This document shows positions 36,141 through 46,337 of a stretch of DNA of 64,000 nucleotides, one piece after another. The notes beneath the pieces were generated by a model. That model did no database searches, was not told the DNA's origin, and was given only the letters and a program-made list of their open reading frames with translations. A program made the translations under genes and the position numbers. This stretch comes from Candidatus Kaiserbacteria bacterium. Its GTDB lineage: Bacteria; Patescibacteriota; Minisyncoccia; Phycocordibacterales; UBA918. How positions within the stretch are numbered: the stretch's first letter is position 1; every line of letters begins with the position of its first letter. Location: positions 641-64,640 of the forward strand of contig JANPCG010000015.1 in the NCBI GenBank assembly GCA_031430855.1, given 5' to 3'.

Positions 36141-36722
36141 ATGTCGAGTCCACATGAGACAAATCCTAGCGGAAGCCACGAAGAACGTTTTTTGAAGGCT
36201 TTTGAAGAATATAGTGATGCGCTATTTCGGCATGCCACGCTGCGTATTAGTGATCGGGAACGAGCCATTGACTTGGTTCACGATACCTACACCAAAGTGT
36301 GGACATACATCCGTAGTGGTCACGATATTGAAAACTTCCGACCCTTTCTTTACAAGGTCCTCAATAATTTGATTATTGATGAATATCGTAAACAGAAAGA
36401 ATCATCCCTCGATGCACTGTTTGAAAGGGATGGGGTAGATGAAGGGAGTTTCCCTGAGCTGTCGGAAAGTACCGTCGAGGCTTTGGCGGCGACGATAGAT
36501 GGAAAACAAGCCTTTGGTCTGATTTCTCGATTGCCTGATGTGTACCGAGAGGTGTTAATCATGCGATTTGTTGATGGCCTCGGTCCGCGTGAGATGAGTA
36601 CGCTGATTGAAGAGTCAGAGAATGTCATCTCAGTACGAATCCATCGTGGTCTAAAGCTTCTTCGAGACATTATTGAAGGAGAAATAACTGCTCGTGAAAA
36701 CAACCGGATAAAACCAAAATAA
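36141..36722 (+). CDS. ECF-type RNA polymerase sigma-70 factor
   Basis: Sigma-70 region 2 (DLVHDTYTKVWTYI) and region 4 HTH (REVLIMRFVDGLGPREMSTLI). Confidence 0.8.
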   Translation: MSSPHETNPSGSHEERFLKAFEEYSDALFRHATLRISDRERAIDLVHDTYTKVWTYIRSGHDIENFRPFLYKVLNNLIIDEYRKQKESSLDALFERDGVDEGSFPELSESTVEALAATIDGKQAFGLISRLPDVYREVLIMRFVDGLGPREMSTLIEESENVISVRIHRGLKLLRDIIEGEITARENNRIKPK

Positions 36723-36730
36723 TTTATATA

Positions 36731-38083
36731 ATGAAACGCTTTAGCGAACAACTCAAAAAGAAATCAGACTCAGTTATTTTATCTGTGTCAGAAAAGCGGG
36801 CGCTCGAAGCGAGAATAGTCTCGTTTATGGAGTACCATCCACTTCCAGTTACGTTAAAACGGTCAACCGTAAAACGAATGGTGACTGAACCAGGAATTTT
36901 CGTCGCTCTATCCTCACGGTATGTTAAAGCCTTTGCAGGAGCTTTCGCTCTTATCCTTATTGTTGGAGTGCCAGCCTTGGCAGAAAACACTGTTCCGGGA
37001 GATATTTTATATCCAGTTAAAGTACAAGTGACCGAAGAAATTCGTAGTTCACTGAATCGGGGATCATACGAAAAAGTTGTTTGGGAAACGACGCGTCTCG
37101 AGCGGCGTCTCTCCGAAGCCCGACAGTTGGCTGAAGCGGGACTGTTGACGCCAGAAGTTGAAGCGGGAGTAGTAAAAGCTGTTCAGACACATAAAGACGC
37201 AGCAGAACAACAAATTGCTTCTCTGCGCACTACTGATGCAGAAGGGGCAACCTTGGCACAGATGACCTTTGCTGCCGTACTTGATGTCCAGTCGGCTGTG
37301 CTTAAGGCTAACGACACGGCAAGTACCACTGAAGGGATGTCGATGGTCGCTCTGACTCAAATGCTTGATGCTGGCCGCGGGAAGGTGGGCACGGCTGATA
37401 ACTTAGATGTTCTTACGATTGACCGCCTAAAGGCGCAGTTAGAAATTGAGACCACTCGCAGTTACGAACTGCTCAAAAATATCTCTCCCGTTGCAACAGA
37501 GAAAGAGCAAAAAGATATCGAACGCCGACTGGGAGATGTATCACATAAAATGGAAAAAGCTCTTGCAGAAAGTAATCAAAATCCAGTTGCTGCAAAAGAA
37601 AACCTCATAACGGCTTGGAGTGATGTGCAGAAATTGATCTCGTTTATGACTGACATTGATGTGCGAGCTTCTTTGGCTATTGAAACATTAGTACCCGTTG
37701 TGCTTACTGATGCAGAGCGTCGTAATATACTGGATCAAACATATGCGCTAATCACCAGCAATCTCGCCCGAATTACCACTGGTCTCGAAGGAATTACCGA
37801 TGAAGGAATTACTGAGAAAATTAACCTTACACTCCCTCTCATTAGCGAGCTTCTTGTTAATGCAAGTTCCACACTTGAGACTGATCTCAGTGGAGCAGAA
37901 ACCGCGATAGCAGAGGCTAATGCGCTTACAGAATCTATTCTGGGCCTGAGTGATTTTCCATCAAGTTCTGAAGTGATTGTGGCTGAGCCGGCTGCGTCCA
38001 CAACTCTGTCTCTCCCTGAAGCGGTAGCAACCTCAACCGTGTCTGAAGCAGCTACTACCACCAAAACAGAAGTAATTGAATAA
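36731..38083 (+). CDS. Membrane protein co-transcribed with the ECF sigma factor; putative anti-sigma or DUF5667-like
   Basis: Starts 9 nt after the sigma stop. Single TM (AFALILIVGVPALA). Long helical extracytoplasmic domain. Confidence 0.45.
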   Translation: MKRFSEQLKKKSDSVILSVSEKRALEARIVSFMEYHPLPVTLKRSTVKRMVTEPGIFVALSSRYVKAFAGAFALILIVGVPALAENTVPGDILYPVKVQVTEEIRSSLNRGSYEKVVWETTRLERRLSEARQLAEAGLLTPEVEAGVVKAVQTHKDAAEQQIASLRTTDAEGATLAQMTFAAVLDVQSAVLKANDTASTTEGMSMVALTQMLDAGRGKVGTADNLDVLTIDRLKAQLEIETTRSYELLKNISPVATEKEQKDIERRLGDVSHKMEKALAESNQNPVAAKENLITAWSDVQKLISFMTDIDVRASLAIETLVPVVLTDAERRNILDQTYALITSNLARITTGLEGITDEGITEKINLTLPLISELLVNASSTLETDLSGAETAIAEANALTESILGLSDFPSSSEVIVAEPAASTTLSLPEAVATSTVSEAATTTKTEVIE

Positions 38084-38270
38084 TTTTCTCTCTACAAATC
38101 CCCCGTACTCACTTTGTACGGGGGATTTGTTATTTACTCATTTACGTTTACAATACGCGTATATGTTGCCGACCCTTCTTCTTATTCAGTTTAGGAAAAA
38201 TGTAAAGGCGGCTGAATTAGAAGCGACAAGTGTAGAGAGAGAATGTTGTGGTGTGGCAGAGGTTGTGTGT

Positions 38271-38915
38271 ATGTCCGCGCTTGATTGTAAGATTCCTTGG
38301 CATCATCCAGAAAAAGTATTGGCTTCGCATCAGGGAATAATTTTTGGTGGTTCTGGAGACTTTGATTTTGATGGTGGACGACACCGTGCCGATGAGGCGG
38401 TCATTACTTCTTACGCATTCCTCGAACAATTACGACCGTTGCTCAGTTATATTTTTTTACATGATGTTCGCACGTTGGGGATTTGTTTTGGTCATCAGTT
38501 GTTGGGCGTTTTTGCTGGAGCCGAAGTAATTCATGATACAGAGCAAAAAAAGACCCGCTCCCACCCGGTCACACTCCACACTGCTCCGACGGAACATGCG
38601 CTTCTCAATGGCCTCCCGCAGACGTTTGAGGCTCATTATGTCCATAAGGACTCACTTGACCGTGTACCTCCTGGGGCCGCATTGCTCATGAGCGGCGGCA
38701 GAGAGTGTCGTTTTTCTGCCTTGCAGTATGGGCATAATATTTACTCCACGCAGTTTCATCCGGAACTTACCTTTGAAGACCTACTGGCACGAATAGACTT
38801 ATTTCCTGGATACTTAGATGAGGGAGTAACTCCAGAATCAGTGTTTTCTCAAAATACTGAATCCAACACGATTTTACGAAATTTTGCTCAGTTAGTTGGA
38901 AAGACTAAAACGTAG
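38271..38915 (+). CDS. Class I glutamine amidotransferase-like protein
   Basis: GICFGHQLL catalytic Cys motif and downstream His. ORF track begins at 38076; ATG at 38271 preferred. Confidence 0.65.
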   Translation: MSALDCKIPWHHPEKVLASHQGIIFGGSGDFDFDGGRHRADEAVITSYAFLEQLRPLLSYIFLHDVRTLGICFGHQLLGVFAGAEVIHDTEQKKTRSHPVTLHTAPTEHALLNGLPQTFEAHYVHKDSLDRVPPGAALLMSGGRECRFSALQYGHNIYSTQFHPELTFEDLLARIDLFPGYLDEGVTPESVFSQNTESNTILRNFAQLVGKTKT

Positions 38916-38944
38916 CACAAATAGTGTGTGAGTAGTATTGTCGT

Positions 38945-40033
38945 CTACTCCAGTTCGCCCGTTAATAGGTTCGTGAGAAATGGTGACATAGTATCGGCAA
39001 AGACCTTGGCTCGATAGGGGATGTCGCCGCTGACATTATTCCGTAGCGAAGTGCCCGTTTCTTCTGTAATGGTGCGGTCGACATGAGAGAGTGTAATAGC
39101 ACGCAAACTGCCGGCTCCGTCTCGTTCGTCGTTTCCGCGAGTGGTAATCATTCCAATGACGCGAGCATCAGTGGTCAAGATTGGACCGCCTGAAGATCCT
39201 TGTTCGCCCACTGCGCTTCCTCGTAAGCCGATTACGTCAGCAAAATTAGAAGTGAAAGTATAGAGCTGGGATACGGTTGTTGTCGCCCGTTTAGGGAAGA
39301 GTCCAATATTGGTACCTTGCGAAAACAGGGCGCCGGCCGGGTATGCCGCAGCTATTACCGTTGAATCGGTGGTATCGCGCGGGACGAGTGTCGTATTGAA
39401 CGCTAACGCAGGGAATATTTTCGGTAATGGGCTCCCATCAACGGTACGGGTAACGTACAACAGCGCGTAATCCCGTTCCCCTGTGCCCAGGGGCGCTGCT
39501 GCATCAATCAGGGATGCGTTGGCCTGCACCCATGCTGGAGAAATGTATAAAAGTTCTGCTGTATAGCGTGGCGAAGCCGGGTTGCCGTTTCGTATAACAC
39601 AATCCGTTTTTCCTAGTGCATTGGTTTTTTCAAGAAGTAGAAACTGGGCGACATGAGCATTCGTTAAAATAATCCCCGACTGATCGATAAAAAACCCAGT
39701 CCCTGTCGTAGTACGAATATTTTTAGAGGTAATGAATGTGCAGTAGACATTCACAAGGGCGGCAAGAGGGTCTGTGGTAGTGATTTTAGGAACTGTTTCA
39801 CTTTCAATCACAATTGCACTTTGATAACGAGCACTTTTCAGTAATACGTTGGGAATAACGTCTATGGAATAGGCGGAGGGAAGGGGAGTAGGATTTTGGT
39901 TACTGAGCGCAGAAGATGAAACGGTTGTTGTTTCTTCAAGTGTAAAAAGGCTGCTTATCTGACTGCCGAGGAAATTAGTAAATGCAAGGTAGCCCATTAA
40001 AATTACCGTTATTCCATCAAGTATAGGTTGCAT
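38945..40033 (-). CDS. Trypsin-like (S1 family) serine protease with an N-terminal membrane anchor
   Basis: TNAHV His motif and GSSGGP Ser motif. Confidence 0.75.
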   Translation of the reverse strand: MQPILDGITVILMGYLAFTNFLGSQISSLFTLEETTTVSSSALSNQNPTPLPSAYSIDVIPNVLLKSARYQSAIVIESETVPKITTTDPLAALVNVYCTFITSKNIRTTTGTGFFIDQSGIILTNAHVAQFLLLEKTNALGKTDCVIRNGNPASPRYTAELLYISPAWVQANASLIDAAAPLGTGERDYALLYVTRTVDGSPLPKIFPALAFNTTLVPRDTTDSTVIAAAYPAGALFSQGTNIGLFPKRATTTVSQLYTFTSNFADVIGLRGSAVGEQGSSGGPILTTDARVIGMITTRGNDERDGAGSLRAITLSHVDRTITEETGTSLRNNVSGDIPYRAKVFADTMSPFLTNLLTGELE

Positions 40034-40149
40034 GGTATGTAGTATAGCATTATGTGCGTGGGCGTCAGAAAAGCGTTCCCTAAGGACGTTCCTGTATGTT
40101 GGGTATAGGGGTTTAGGTCGACGTTCGAACTTTTTATATACAATGCGAC

Positions 40150-41628
40150 TTACAAAAGTGAAATTGCTTCATCGATTGATCCCCATACACGAATAAGGGT
40201 CTTTTTTGCTACCACCAGAATAATCAAATCATGTATTGCCTCAAGGAACGATCTGTCATGTGTTACGCAAAGCACTGTTCCGTCAAACTCTCCTAGTAAC
40301 TCTACGAGAAATTGCCAGTTAACCGGATCGAGGTTGTTGGTTGGTTCATCGAGAATAATAAAGTCAGGTTTTGCATAAAACATGAGCGCGAGGCGTAGTC
40401 GTTGCTTTTGACCACCCGATAAGCGTTCTACCACCATATCCATTTCTGCTATAGTAAACAAGAGTCGCGTTAAAATAGATCGGGCTAAATCTTTCGTAAT
40501 ACCTATTATTGCAAACAATTCAAAGGCGGTGTGTTGTGCTGGCAATTCACTATGCTGACTAAATACAACGGTTTTAATGTTCACGCCGGTCTGTACTTCC
40601 CCCGCCTGTGGCTTAATGGCACCAGTAATGAGTCCGAGCAGGGTCGTCTTTCCCGTGCCGTTTCGGCCGAGAATACAGAGCTTCTGCCCAAAGCGAATAT
40701 CGAGATTAACTTTTGAAAATAATGTTATCGCACTGTATCCACCACTAACTTCGTTAAGTTTCACGATGAGCTTACCCTGTTTCTGTTCAATCTCCGCCGC
40801 TCGTATTTCAGGTCTGCGTATATCAGGTCGTACCATGGTCTCTACAAGCTCTTTTTCTACCGCCAGCTGACGTTTCTTCATTTGGTAGGTTTTTGCTTTG
40901 CTGTCACTAAAAGTGGTCTGTCGTTTTAGCTCAGTGACGAGGTTGGCCATTTTCGTCAATTTTCGTTTCGCTATCCGATAGTCGTGCTGCATCAGGTTTT
41001 GTTGTTTCAAGCGCTCTTCCACTAATTCTTCATAAGTTAGATTTGTCGTCACTGTTACCGCTTCGTGCTCTACCAAAACAATTTTCTTGGTGAGGGCATT
41101 AATTAGTGTATGGTCGTGCGACACCATAATGACGGCGCCCCAATAGTCCCGTAACAATTCCGTCAAAATATGGCACACTTTTATATCAAGATGGTTTTCT
41201 GGCTCATCGATACACAGAAACATCGGACCACGTGACAATGTTGCAGCGATTTCAAGTACCCGCAACTGTCCACCGGAAAGTTCCGATAGCACTCCGTTTT
41301 CCAGCAACTGCGGACTTATGATGCCAAACCTTTTTATAATTGCATGAATGCTAGGTGTACTCTTTTGCTGTGCTAAATACTCGTTGACCGAGAGTGACCG
41401 ATCTCCACCAAACTCCTGTGCTATGTAAGAAATTGATTGATCAACGCGCACTTCACCTTCATCAGCCGTCTCGATACCGGCCATAATCTTCAACAAGGTA
41501 CTTTTCCCAGCTCCGTTATTGCCAATAATAGCAACTCGATCACCTTGTGAGACAGCAAGTGAGACGCCAGTAAAAAGCGTTTTTTGTGCTAGGGATTTAC
41601 TGACATTTTTTAAAATAATTGTTTTCAT
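40150..41628 (-). CDS. ABC-F family ATPase (two tandem ABC domains, no TMD)
   Basis: GNNGAGKST and GRNGTGKTT Walker A motifs; two LSGGQ signatures. Confidence 0.8.
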   Translation of the reverse strand: MKTIILKNVSKSLAQKTLFTGVSLAVSQGDRVAIIGNNGAGKSTLLKIMAGIETADEGEVRVDQSISYIAQEFGGDRSLSVNEYLAQQKSTPSIHAIIKRFGIISPQLLENGVLSELSGGQLRVLEIAATLSRGPMFLCIDEPENHLDIKVCHILTELLRDYWGAVIMVSHDHTLINALTKKIVLVEHEAVTVTTNLTYEELVEERLKQQNLMQHDYRIAKRKLTKMANLVTELKRQTTFSDSKAKTYQMKKRQLAVEKELVETMVRPDIRRPEIRAAEIEQKQGKLIVKLNEVSGGYSAITLFSKVNLDIRFGQKLCILGRNGTGKTTLLGLITGAIKPQAGEVQTGVNIKTVVFSQHSELPAQHTAFELFAIIGITKDLARSILTRLLFTIAEMDMVVERLSGGQKQRLRLALMFYAKPDFIILDEPTNNLDPVNWQFLVELLGEFDGTVLCVTHDRSFLEAIHDLIILVVAKKTLIRVWGSIDEAISLL

Positions 41629-41860
41629 AAAATTTAGTTAAGAAAAAGCGCAACAAACTTAGTTGTGGCGCAGTATTTAAACAAAAAAAGTTTTTTTAAG
41701 CAGGCACCACAAAGAAGCTCAAATTTTTGCCGCCTCGAAATGTTGCATGAATGTTTGGCATGTAATGAAATACACTGTATCACAAAATTGATTGGTCACA
41801 ATATAAGTATGGAGGCCAGGTAATTTGATCACGTTATCTTAATTTAAATAACATTTGAAC

Positions 41861-42289
41861 CTATCTGTGATTCTCTGGCTTAAACTGCTCGGCAAGATCT
41901 TTTACGGTAGGAGGAACCCGCTCCAAATCTTTTAAATCATTTTTTGAAACAAACGTAATCTCAGTACATTCGTCAGAAGTTGTAAAATTGAGGCTTTCGA
42001 GTTCGGTTTCATAAACAACAATGGCAAACCAAGTTTCGGGCTCAGCAGACATTATATATCCTCCAAAAAAATATGACGGCCGCTCCGCAATATAACGTGC
42101 CGTTAACTGCATCTCTTCGTTTATTTCGCGGGCCAATCCTTTTCCTGGTGTTTCTCCCCAATCTAAGCCCCCTCCAGGCAAATCCCAAACGCCATTTTCT
42201 TTCTTAGTTAGTAAAAACTTATTTCGTTCTTCATTGAGTATCAGCGCCTTAACACTCAGTCTATAGTATTTGCTTCGTATTTCTGACAT
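41861..42289 (-). CDS. NUDIX hydrolase
   Basis: GGGLDWGETPGKGLAREINEEMQL Nudix box. Confidence 0.75.
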   Translation of the reverse strand: MSEIRSKYYRLSVKALILNEERNKFLLTKKENGVWDLPGGGLDWGETPGKGLAREINEEMQLTARYIAERPSYFFGGYIMSAEPETWFAIVVYETELESLNFTTSDECTEITFVSKNDLKDLERVPPTVKDLAEQFKPENHR

Positions 42290-42337
42290 CAGTCAAGTAT
42301 ATCAAAATCGGAGATGATAGTACGATACTTACTATGA

Positions 42338-42859
42338 TTATTTGGAGAGTGAACTAAAGTAAGTGTCTATTTCCTTAAAGCTTTTCAAAACTACCAACTT
42401 CTCTTGATATGTCTTTGAAAATTCATCTAGTTTTGCATTTTCTTTATTTCTCCATCGTCGGATGATTGTTTTTGTAAAATTAAGGTCTTGCAGCCTCGTA
42501 ATCTCCGGATGTCTGTCCGTGTCATGTAGTACTCGAAGAATATGACTCCATATTCTTTGCGGTAAAGGTCGTTTAATGAGAATGACTGTATCAGCCTTCT
42601 CCGCAATGATTGGCTGTAGTTTTGAATACGTCCCATCTATAACCCAATGCTCATTTACAGACAAAAAAGCTCGCACTTCAGACTCAATTTGTTGCGCTAT
42701 AATTTCTTTTTGCTGCGGTGCTCCATTCACGTTCCTATGACCTCCATACGTAAACCAGATCCTGTCGATTTCCAGCCTTGGAACATTAAAAGTCCGACTA
42801 ATTTTTCTAGAAAGGGTACTTTTTCCCCCGCCGCTCGAGCCAATAATTGTTAATCTCAT
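42338..42859 (-). CDS. P-loop NTPase, adenylate or nucleoside kinase-like (topology-modulation-like)
   Basis: IIGSSGGGKSTLSRKI Walker A; 173 aa. Confidence 0.55.
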   Translation of the reverse strand: MRLTIIGSSGGGKSTLSRKISRTFNVPRLEIDRIWFTYGGHRNVNGAPQQKEIIAQQIESEVRAFLSVNEHWVIDGTYSKLQPIIAEKADTVILIKRPLPQRIWSHILRVLHDTDRHPEITRLQDLNFTKTIIRRWRNKENAKLDEFSKTYQEKLVVLKSFKEIDTYFSSLSK

Positions 42860-42940
42860 TTTATAAGTATAGCAAAAATTGAATAGCGGAGACTTTTATC
42901 AAAGCGGTTAGGTAGTGTGTGTGCGGGTTGTGGGACGGTG

Positions 42941-43378
42941 TTAGAACCTATTCCTTTGATCCAAACACTCTTTTGCAAGGACGCCTGAATTAACTTCAAT
43001 TGGATATTTTTTAGAGTATCCTGCCAAATCCTTAGCCTTAATGGGGAGGGACGCTGTTATTTCTGTTTCTGCTCCATAGTAGTTAAAGGGCACTTTTGCT
43101 TTTATCATTCCAGTTAAACAAGTTGGGCAAGGTTCTGAGGTGGTATAAAATGTTGTGTTATTAAGCGACAAGGTATTTTGCTGCTTACATAGTTTACGAA
43201 TAGCATTGATTTCACCATGAGCGGTAGGGTCACACTGCTCTTTTACTCGATCATGTTCACGGCAAATAATTTCGCCAGTTGCATTATTTACTACTACGAC
43301 CCCAAACGGGGCATTGCCATCTGAAACAGCTACAGCAGCTTCTTTCATAGCTTCGCGCATAAAGTCTTCGTTTGTCAT
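42941..43378 (-). CDS. CMP/dCMP-type zinc deaminase (tRNA adenosine deaminase TadA-like)
   Basis: HGEINAI and PCPTC zinc-ligand motifs. Confidence 0.75.
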   Translation of the reverse strand: MTNEDFMREAMKEAAVAVSDGNAPFGVVVVNNATGEIICREHDRVKEQCDPTAHGEINAIRKLCKQQNTLSLNNTTFYTTSEPCPTCLTGMIKAKVPFNYYGAETEITASLPIKAKDLAGYSKKYPIEVNSGVLAKECLDQRNRF

Positions 43379-43408
43379 ATGTAAATTATACCAAATTATA
43401 CTAAATGC

Positions 43409-43533
43409 TGGTGAGAAGAATCGGTCACGAGTTACTGACTATAATTGTTCACTTCGTTCCAATTCTAGTAAGTACTCTCGACCCCAACGCGCCGGCCCAG
43501 AGGGGTCCCGGCTTGCGTCCTTCGATTCTTCAC
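43409..43533 (-). repeat. Family-1 structured repeat element X, in reverse orientation relative to the tRNA-Arg copy. Includes partial copies of the tRNA-Trp 3' end.
   Basis: Its reverse complement aligns to 31292..31412. Shared blocks are GACGCA-GC-GGG-CCCCTCTGGGCCG, TGGGGTCGAG and the GAACGAAGTGAA loop. GGTGAGAAGAATCG is shared with tRNA-Trp. Confidence 0.6.
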
Positions 43534-43616
43534 GAAATATGCTCCCAGCATATTTCTTCACTCCGCACAGCAGCAACAGAAAAACCGTCCCTAAGGACGG
43601 CTTTTCATGTTGGCTG

Positions 43617-43687
43617 TGCGGGTGAGAAGAATCGAACTCCCGACTACTGCTTGGAAGGCAGTCGTTTTACCACTAAACCACACCCGC
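43617..43687 (-). tRNA. tRNA-Trp(CCA), no encoded CCA
   Basis: Acceptor GCGGGTG/CACCCGC; anticodon stem CTGCC/GGCAG with loop TTCCAAG; T-arm GGGAG-TTCGATT-CTTCT. Confidence 0.85.
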
Positions 43688-43774
43688 AAGGTTTGATTCA
43701 TCAGTTGCAAGATTCTAGCATAATCAGCTAATTATTCAATGGAATAGATCGGGTTCTGATTTTGAAACTAAAAC

Positions 43775-43990
43775 ACCCCCGGCTAGAGGGTTTAAACAGT
43801 CGGGGTGAGAAAATGTCACTACATTTCCGCAAGACCTTTTATAAATTCATGATTTACAAAAGGTGTACCGCTTCTGTAAGAAGACTGTTTAAAACAAAAA
43901 CGCCCGGCTGATGGGTTTACACAGTCTAGTAGGCTGTGTAAAAAGGGAGTTGTCCAAAAAAGCAAAACACCCCGGCTGAGGGGTGCTCTA
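43775..43990. repeat. Three dispersed copies of an approximately 24-nt motif AAAAC-CCCGGCT(A/G)(A/G)(G/T)GGGTTTA(A/C)ACAGTC between hup and tRNA-Trp
   Basis: Copies at about 43775, 43901 and 43969. Each has a short CCC...GGG hairpin. Confidence 0.6.
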
Positions 43991-44120
43991 CTATTTGTGA
44001 TGGGAATAGCGAAGATTGCTCTTTCTTTTCCACATAGCGTTTACCTCCGCTACCTCTATATTCTAACACAAAAGCCGAGTTACCTACGTGGATAAAAATA
44101 GTCGTCGTGTATATAACAAC

Positions 44121-44158
44121 AAACGACCCCGTGCTTGCACGGGGTCGTTTGTAGTTTT
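44121..44158. terminator. Strong hairpin (13-bp stem) downstream of hup, with a T-tract on the plus side
   Basis: AAACGACCCCGTG-cttg-CACGGGGTCGTTT gtagtttt. Confidence 0.6.
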
Positions 44159-44167
44159 GTAAAGAGA

Positions 44168-44440
44168 TTACTTTACTGAATCCTTGAGTCCCTTAGCTGC
44201 GCGGAATTTTGGTACACGCATCGCTGGCACAGGAACAGTTTCACCCGTTCGTGGGTTTCGAGCCTCACGTGCAGCACGCATTTTCGCTTCGAAAATACCG
44301 AATCCAGCTACGGATACTTGCGTACCGTCTTTCATAGCTGATTCAATACTACCAAACACGGTTTCAACAGCTCGTTCTGCGTCTGCCTTGGTGGTACCAA
44401 GTACTTCGTGCACTTTTGCGATAATATCTGCTTTGTTCAT
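44168..44440 (-). CDS. hup: DNA-binding protein HU
   Basis: 90 aa with a canonical HU/IHF fold sequence (GFGIFEAKMRAAREARNPRTGE). Confidence 0.9.
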   Translation of the reverse strand: MNKADIIAKVHEVLGTTKADAERAVETVFGSIESAMKDGTQVSVAGFGIFEAKMRAAREARNPRTGETVPVPAMRVPKFRAAKGLKDSVK

Positions 44441-44631
44441 ATTCAGAAATATATACTAGGGCGATTAAATGTGTGACTGATTGTCGCTCAGACACGGTGC
44501 CTAAAATTATTGGCTTGTCATCATTATATAGCAAGCTCAATTGGCTGCAATGCCTACCGTATGGGTAATTATGTGTTGTAATAATTTACAAAATGTCGCC
44601 CACTGATGTGGGCGACATTTTGTATTTTTTG

Positions 44632-46161
44632 TTAACGAGCGTAACTAACGACACGTGTCTCACGAATAACGTGCACCTTAATTTCTCCTGGATACCGTAG
44701 CTGTGCTTCGATGTTGGTTGCAATAGTACGAGCCAGGGTGTGTGTTTCAAACTCGGTCATGTTAATAGGGTTAACGATGACTCGAATCTCACGACCGGCC
44801 GCAATCGCAAAGGCTTTTTCTACGCCGTGTAGATTCGTTGCTATTGCCTCAAGGTCAGACAATCGTTTAATATAATTTTCAATTGAATCACGTCGCGCTC
44901 CCGGTCGTGAACCAGACAGGGAATCACAGACTTGGACAATCAGAGATTCAGGAGTCTCATACGGATACTCTTCGTGATGAGCACGCATGGCGAGGATAAC
45001 CTTTTGGTCTACCCCATATTTCTCTAAAATTCTAATACCAATTTCAACGTGGGTCCCGGCCACTTCATGACTAACGGTTTTACCAATGTCATGTAAGAGG
45101 GCTCCAGCGCGCGCTACGGCCACATCCGCTCCTACTTCTTCAGCGATAATAGCAGCCATATGTGCCATTTCAACCGAGTGCCAGAGTACGTTTTGTCCGT
45201 AACTCGTACGGAAGTGAAGACGACCGATAATTGAAATCAAATCGGGATGTAGGTTCGGAACGTTCGCATCGTACGCGGCTTTTTCTCCAAATGCGCGAAC
45301 GGTCTTGGCGACTTCTTTGCGTGCTTGTTCTACCGATTCCTCAATTTTTGCTGGCTGGATGCGCCCGTCTTTCATTAATGACTCAAGTGCAACGCGGGCG
45401 ATTTCTCGTCTGATTGGGTCAAACGAAGAGAGTACTATATATCCGGGAGTTTCATCAATCAGCACATCCACGCCGGTAGCTCTCTCAAACGCGCGTACGT
45501 TACGACCTTCTTTTCCAATTACTTTACCTTTGAGGTCATCGCTTGGAATCTCTACGTTACTGGTCATGACACTCGTGGGCATAACGTTGCCGATTCGATG
45601 AATTGCAGAAAGGAGAATATTAGTTGCTTTCGCCTCAATCTGTTCATTATTAAACAGTTCAATTTTCTGAAGTCGAGCAGTAAGGTCTAGAGCGCGCTCT
45701 TTTTCAATTTTAGAACTGATCCGGACGAAAGCCTCTTCGGCCGTGACACCGGCAATTGTCTCGAGTTTCTTATCAAGTTCATCTTTTCGTTCATCCAGAC
45801 GAGCCTTGAGACTCTTCACTTCGTCAATTTTATTTTGCAGTGATTCCTTTTGTGAATCGATATCGATTTGCCGGGTGTCCAATAACTCTTCTCGTTTATC
45901 GAGACGGGCTTCTTTTTGGGCTACTTTTTCGTCGAGTACTTTTCGTTCGGTTTTTGCTTCAAGCTCTATAGTTGCTGCCTTTTCTTCCGCGTGAGCAATA
46001 ATTTTTATAGCACGCTCTTCGGCTGCAAGGAGCCGTTCTTTGATGATAATTTCAATCGAAGATTTCTTTGAGTGTGCGTGCAAGTATCGCACGTAGTATC
46101 CAGCAGCTAATCCGAGCCCAAGACTCGCCGCCAGGGCAGCGATAATCAGTAATGGGGACAT
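44632..46161 (-). CDS. rny: Ribonuclease Y
   Basis: N-terminal TM, coiled coil, KH domain (LKGKVIGKEGRNVRAFE), HD domain (HDIGK). Confidence 0.9.
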   Translation of the reverse strand: MSPLLIIAALAASLGLGLAAGYYVRYLHAHSKKSSIEIIIKERLLAAEERAIKIIAHAEEKAATIELEAKTERKVLDEKVAQKEARLDKREELLDTRQIDIDSQKESLQNKIDEVKSLKARLDERKDELDKKLETIAGVTAEEAFVRISSKIEKERALDLTARLQKIELFNNEQIEAKATNILLSAIHRIGNVMPTSVMTSNVEIPSDDLKGKVIGKEGRNVRAFERATGVDVLIDETPGYIVLSSFDPIRREIARVALESLMKDGRIQPAKIEESVEQARKEVAKTVRAFGEKAAYDANVPNLHPDLISIIGRLHFRTSYGQNVLWHSVEMAHMAAIIAEEVGADVAVARAGALLHDIGKTVSHEVAGTHVEIGIRILEKYGVDQKVILAMRAHHEEYPYETPESLIVQVCDSLSGSRPGARRDSIENYIKRLSDLEAIATNLHGVEKAFAIAAGREIRVIVNPINMTEFETHTLARTIATNIEAQLRYPGEIKVHVIRETRVVSYAR

Positions 46162-46337
46162 GTGGTGTTCGCTATCTAATAGGGAGTCTTTTCAGTCAAT
46201 TTCTGTCGGTCAGACAATCAAACTGTACCAGATAATATAACCGTCGTCCATAAAGGGTATAATCCAGTTTTCCACTTTTAATACGCAACCGCCACCCTCG
46301 TGCGTGGGTGGCGGTTGCAAACCGTGTGAAGGGAATT

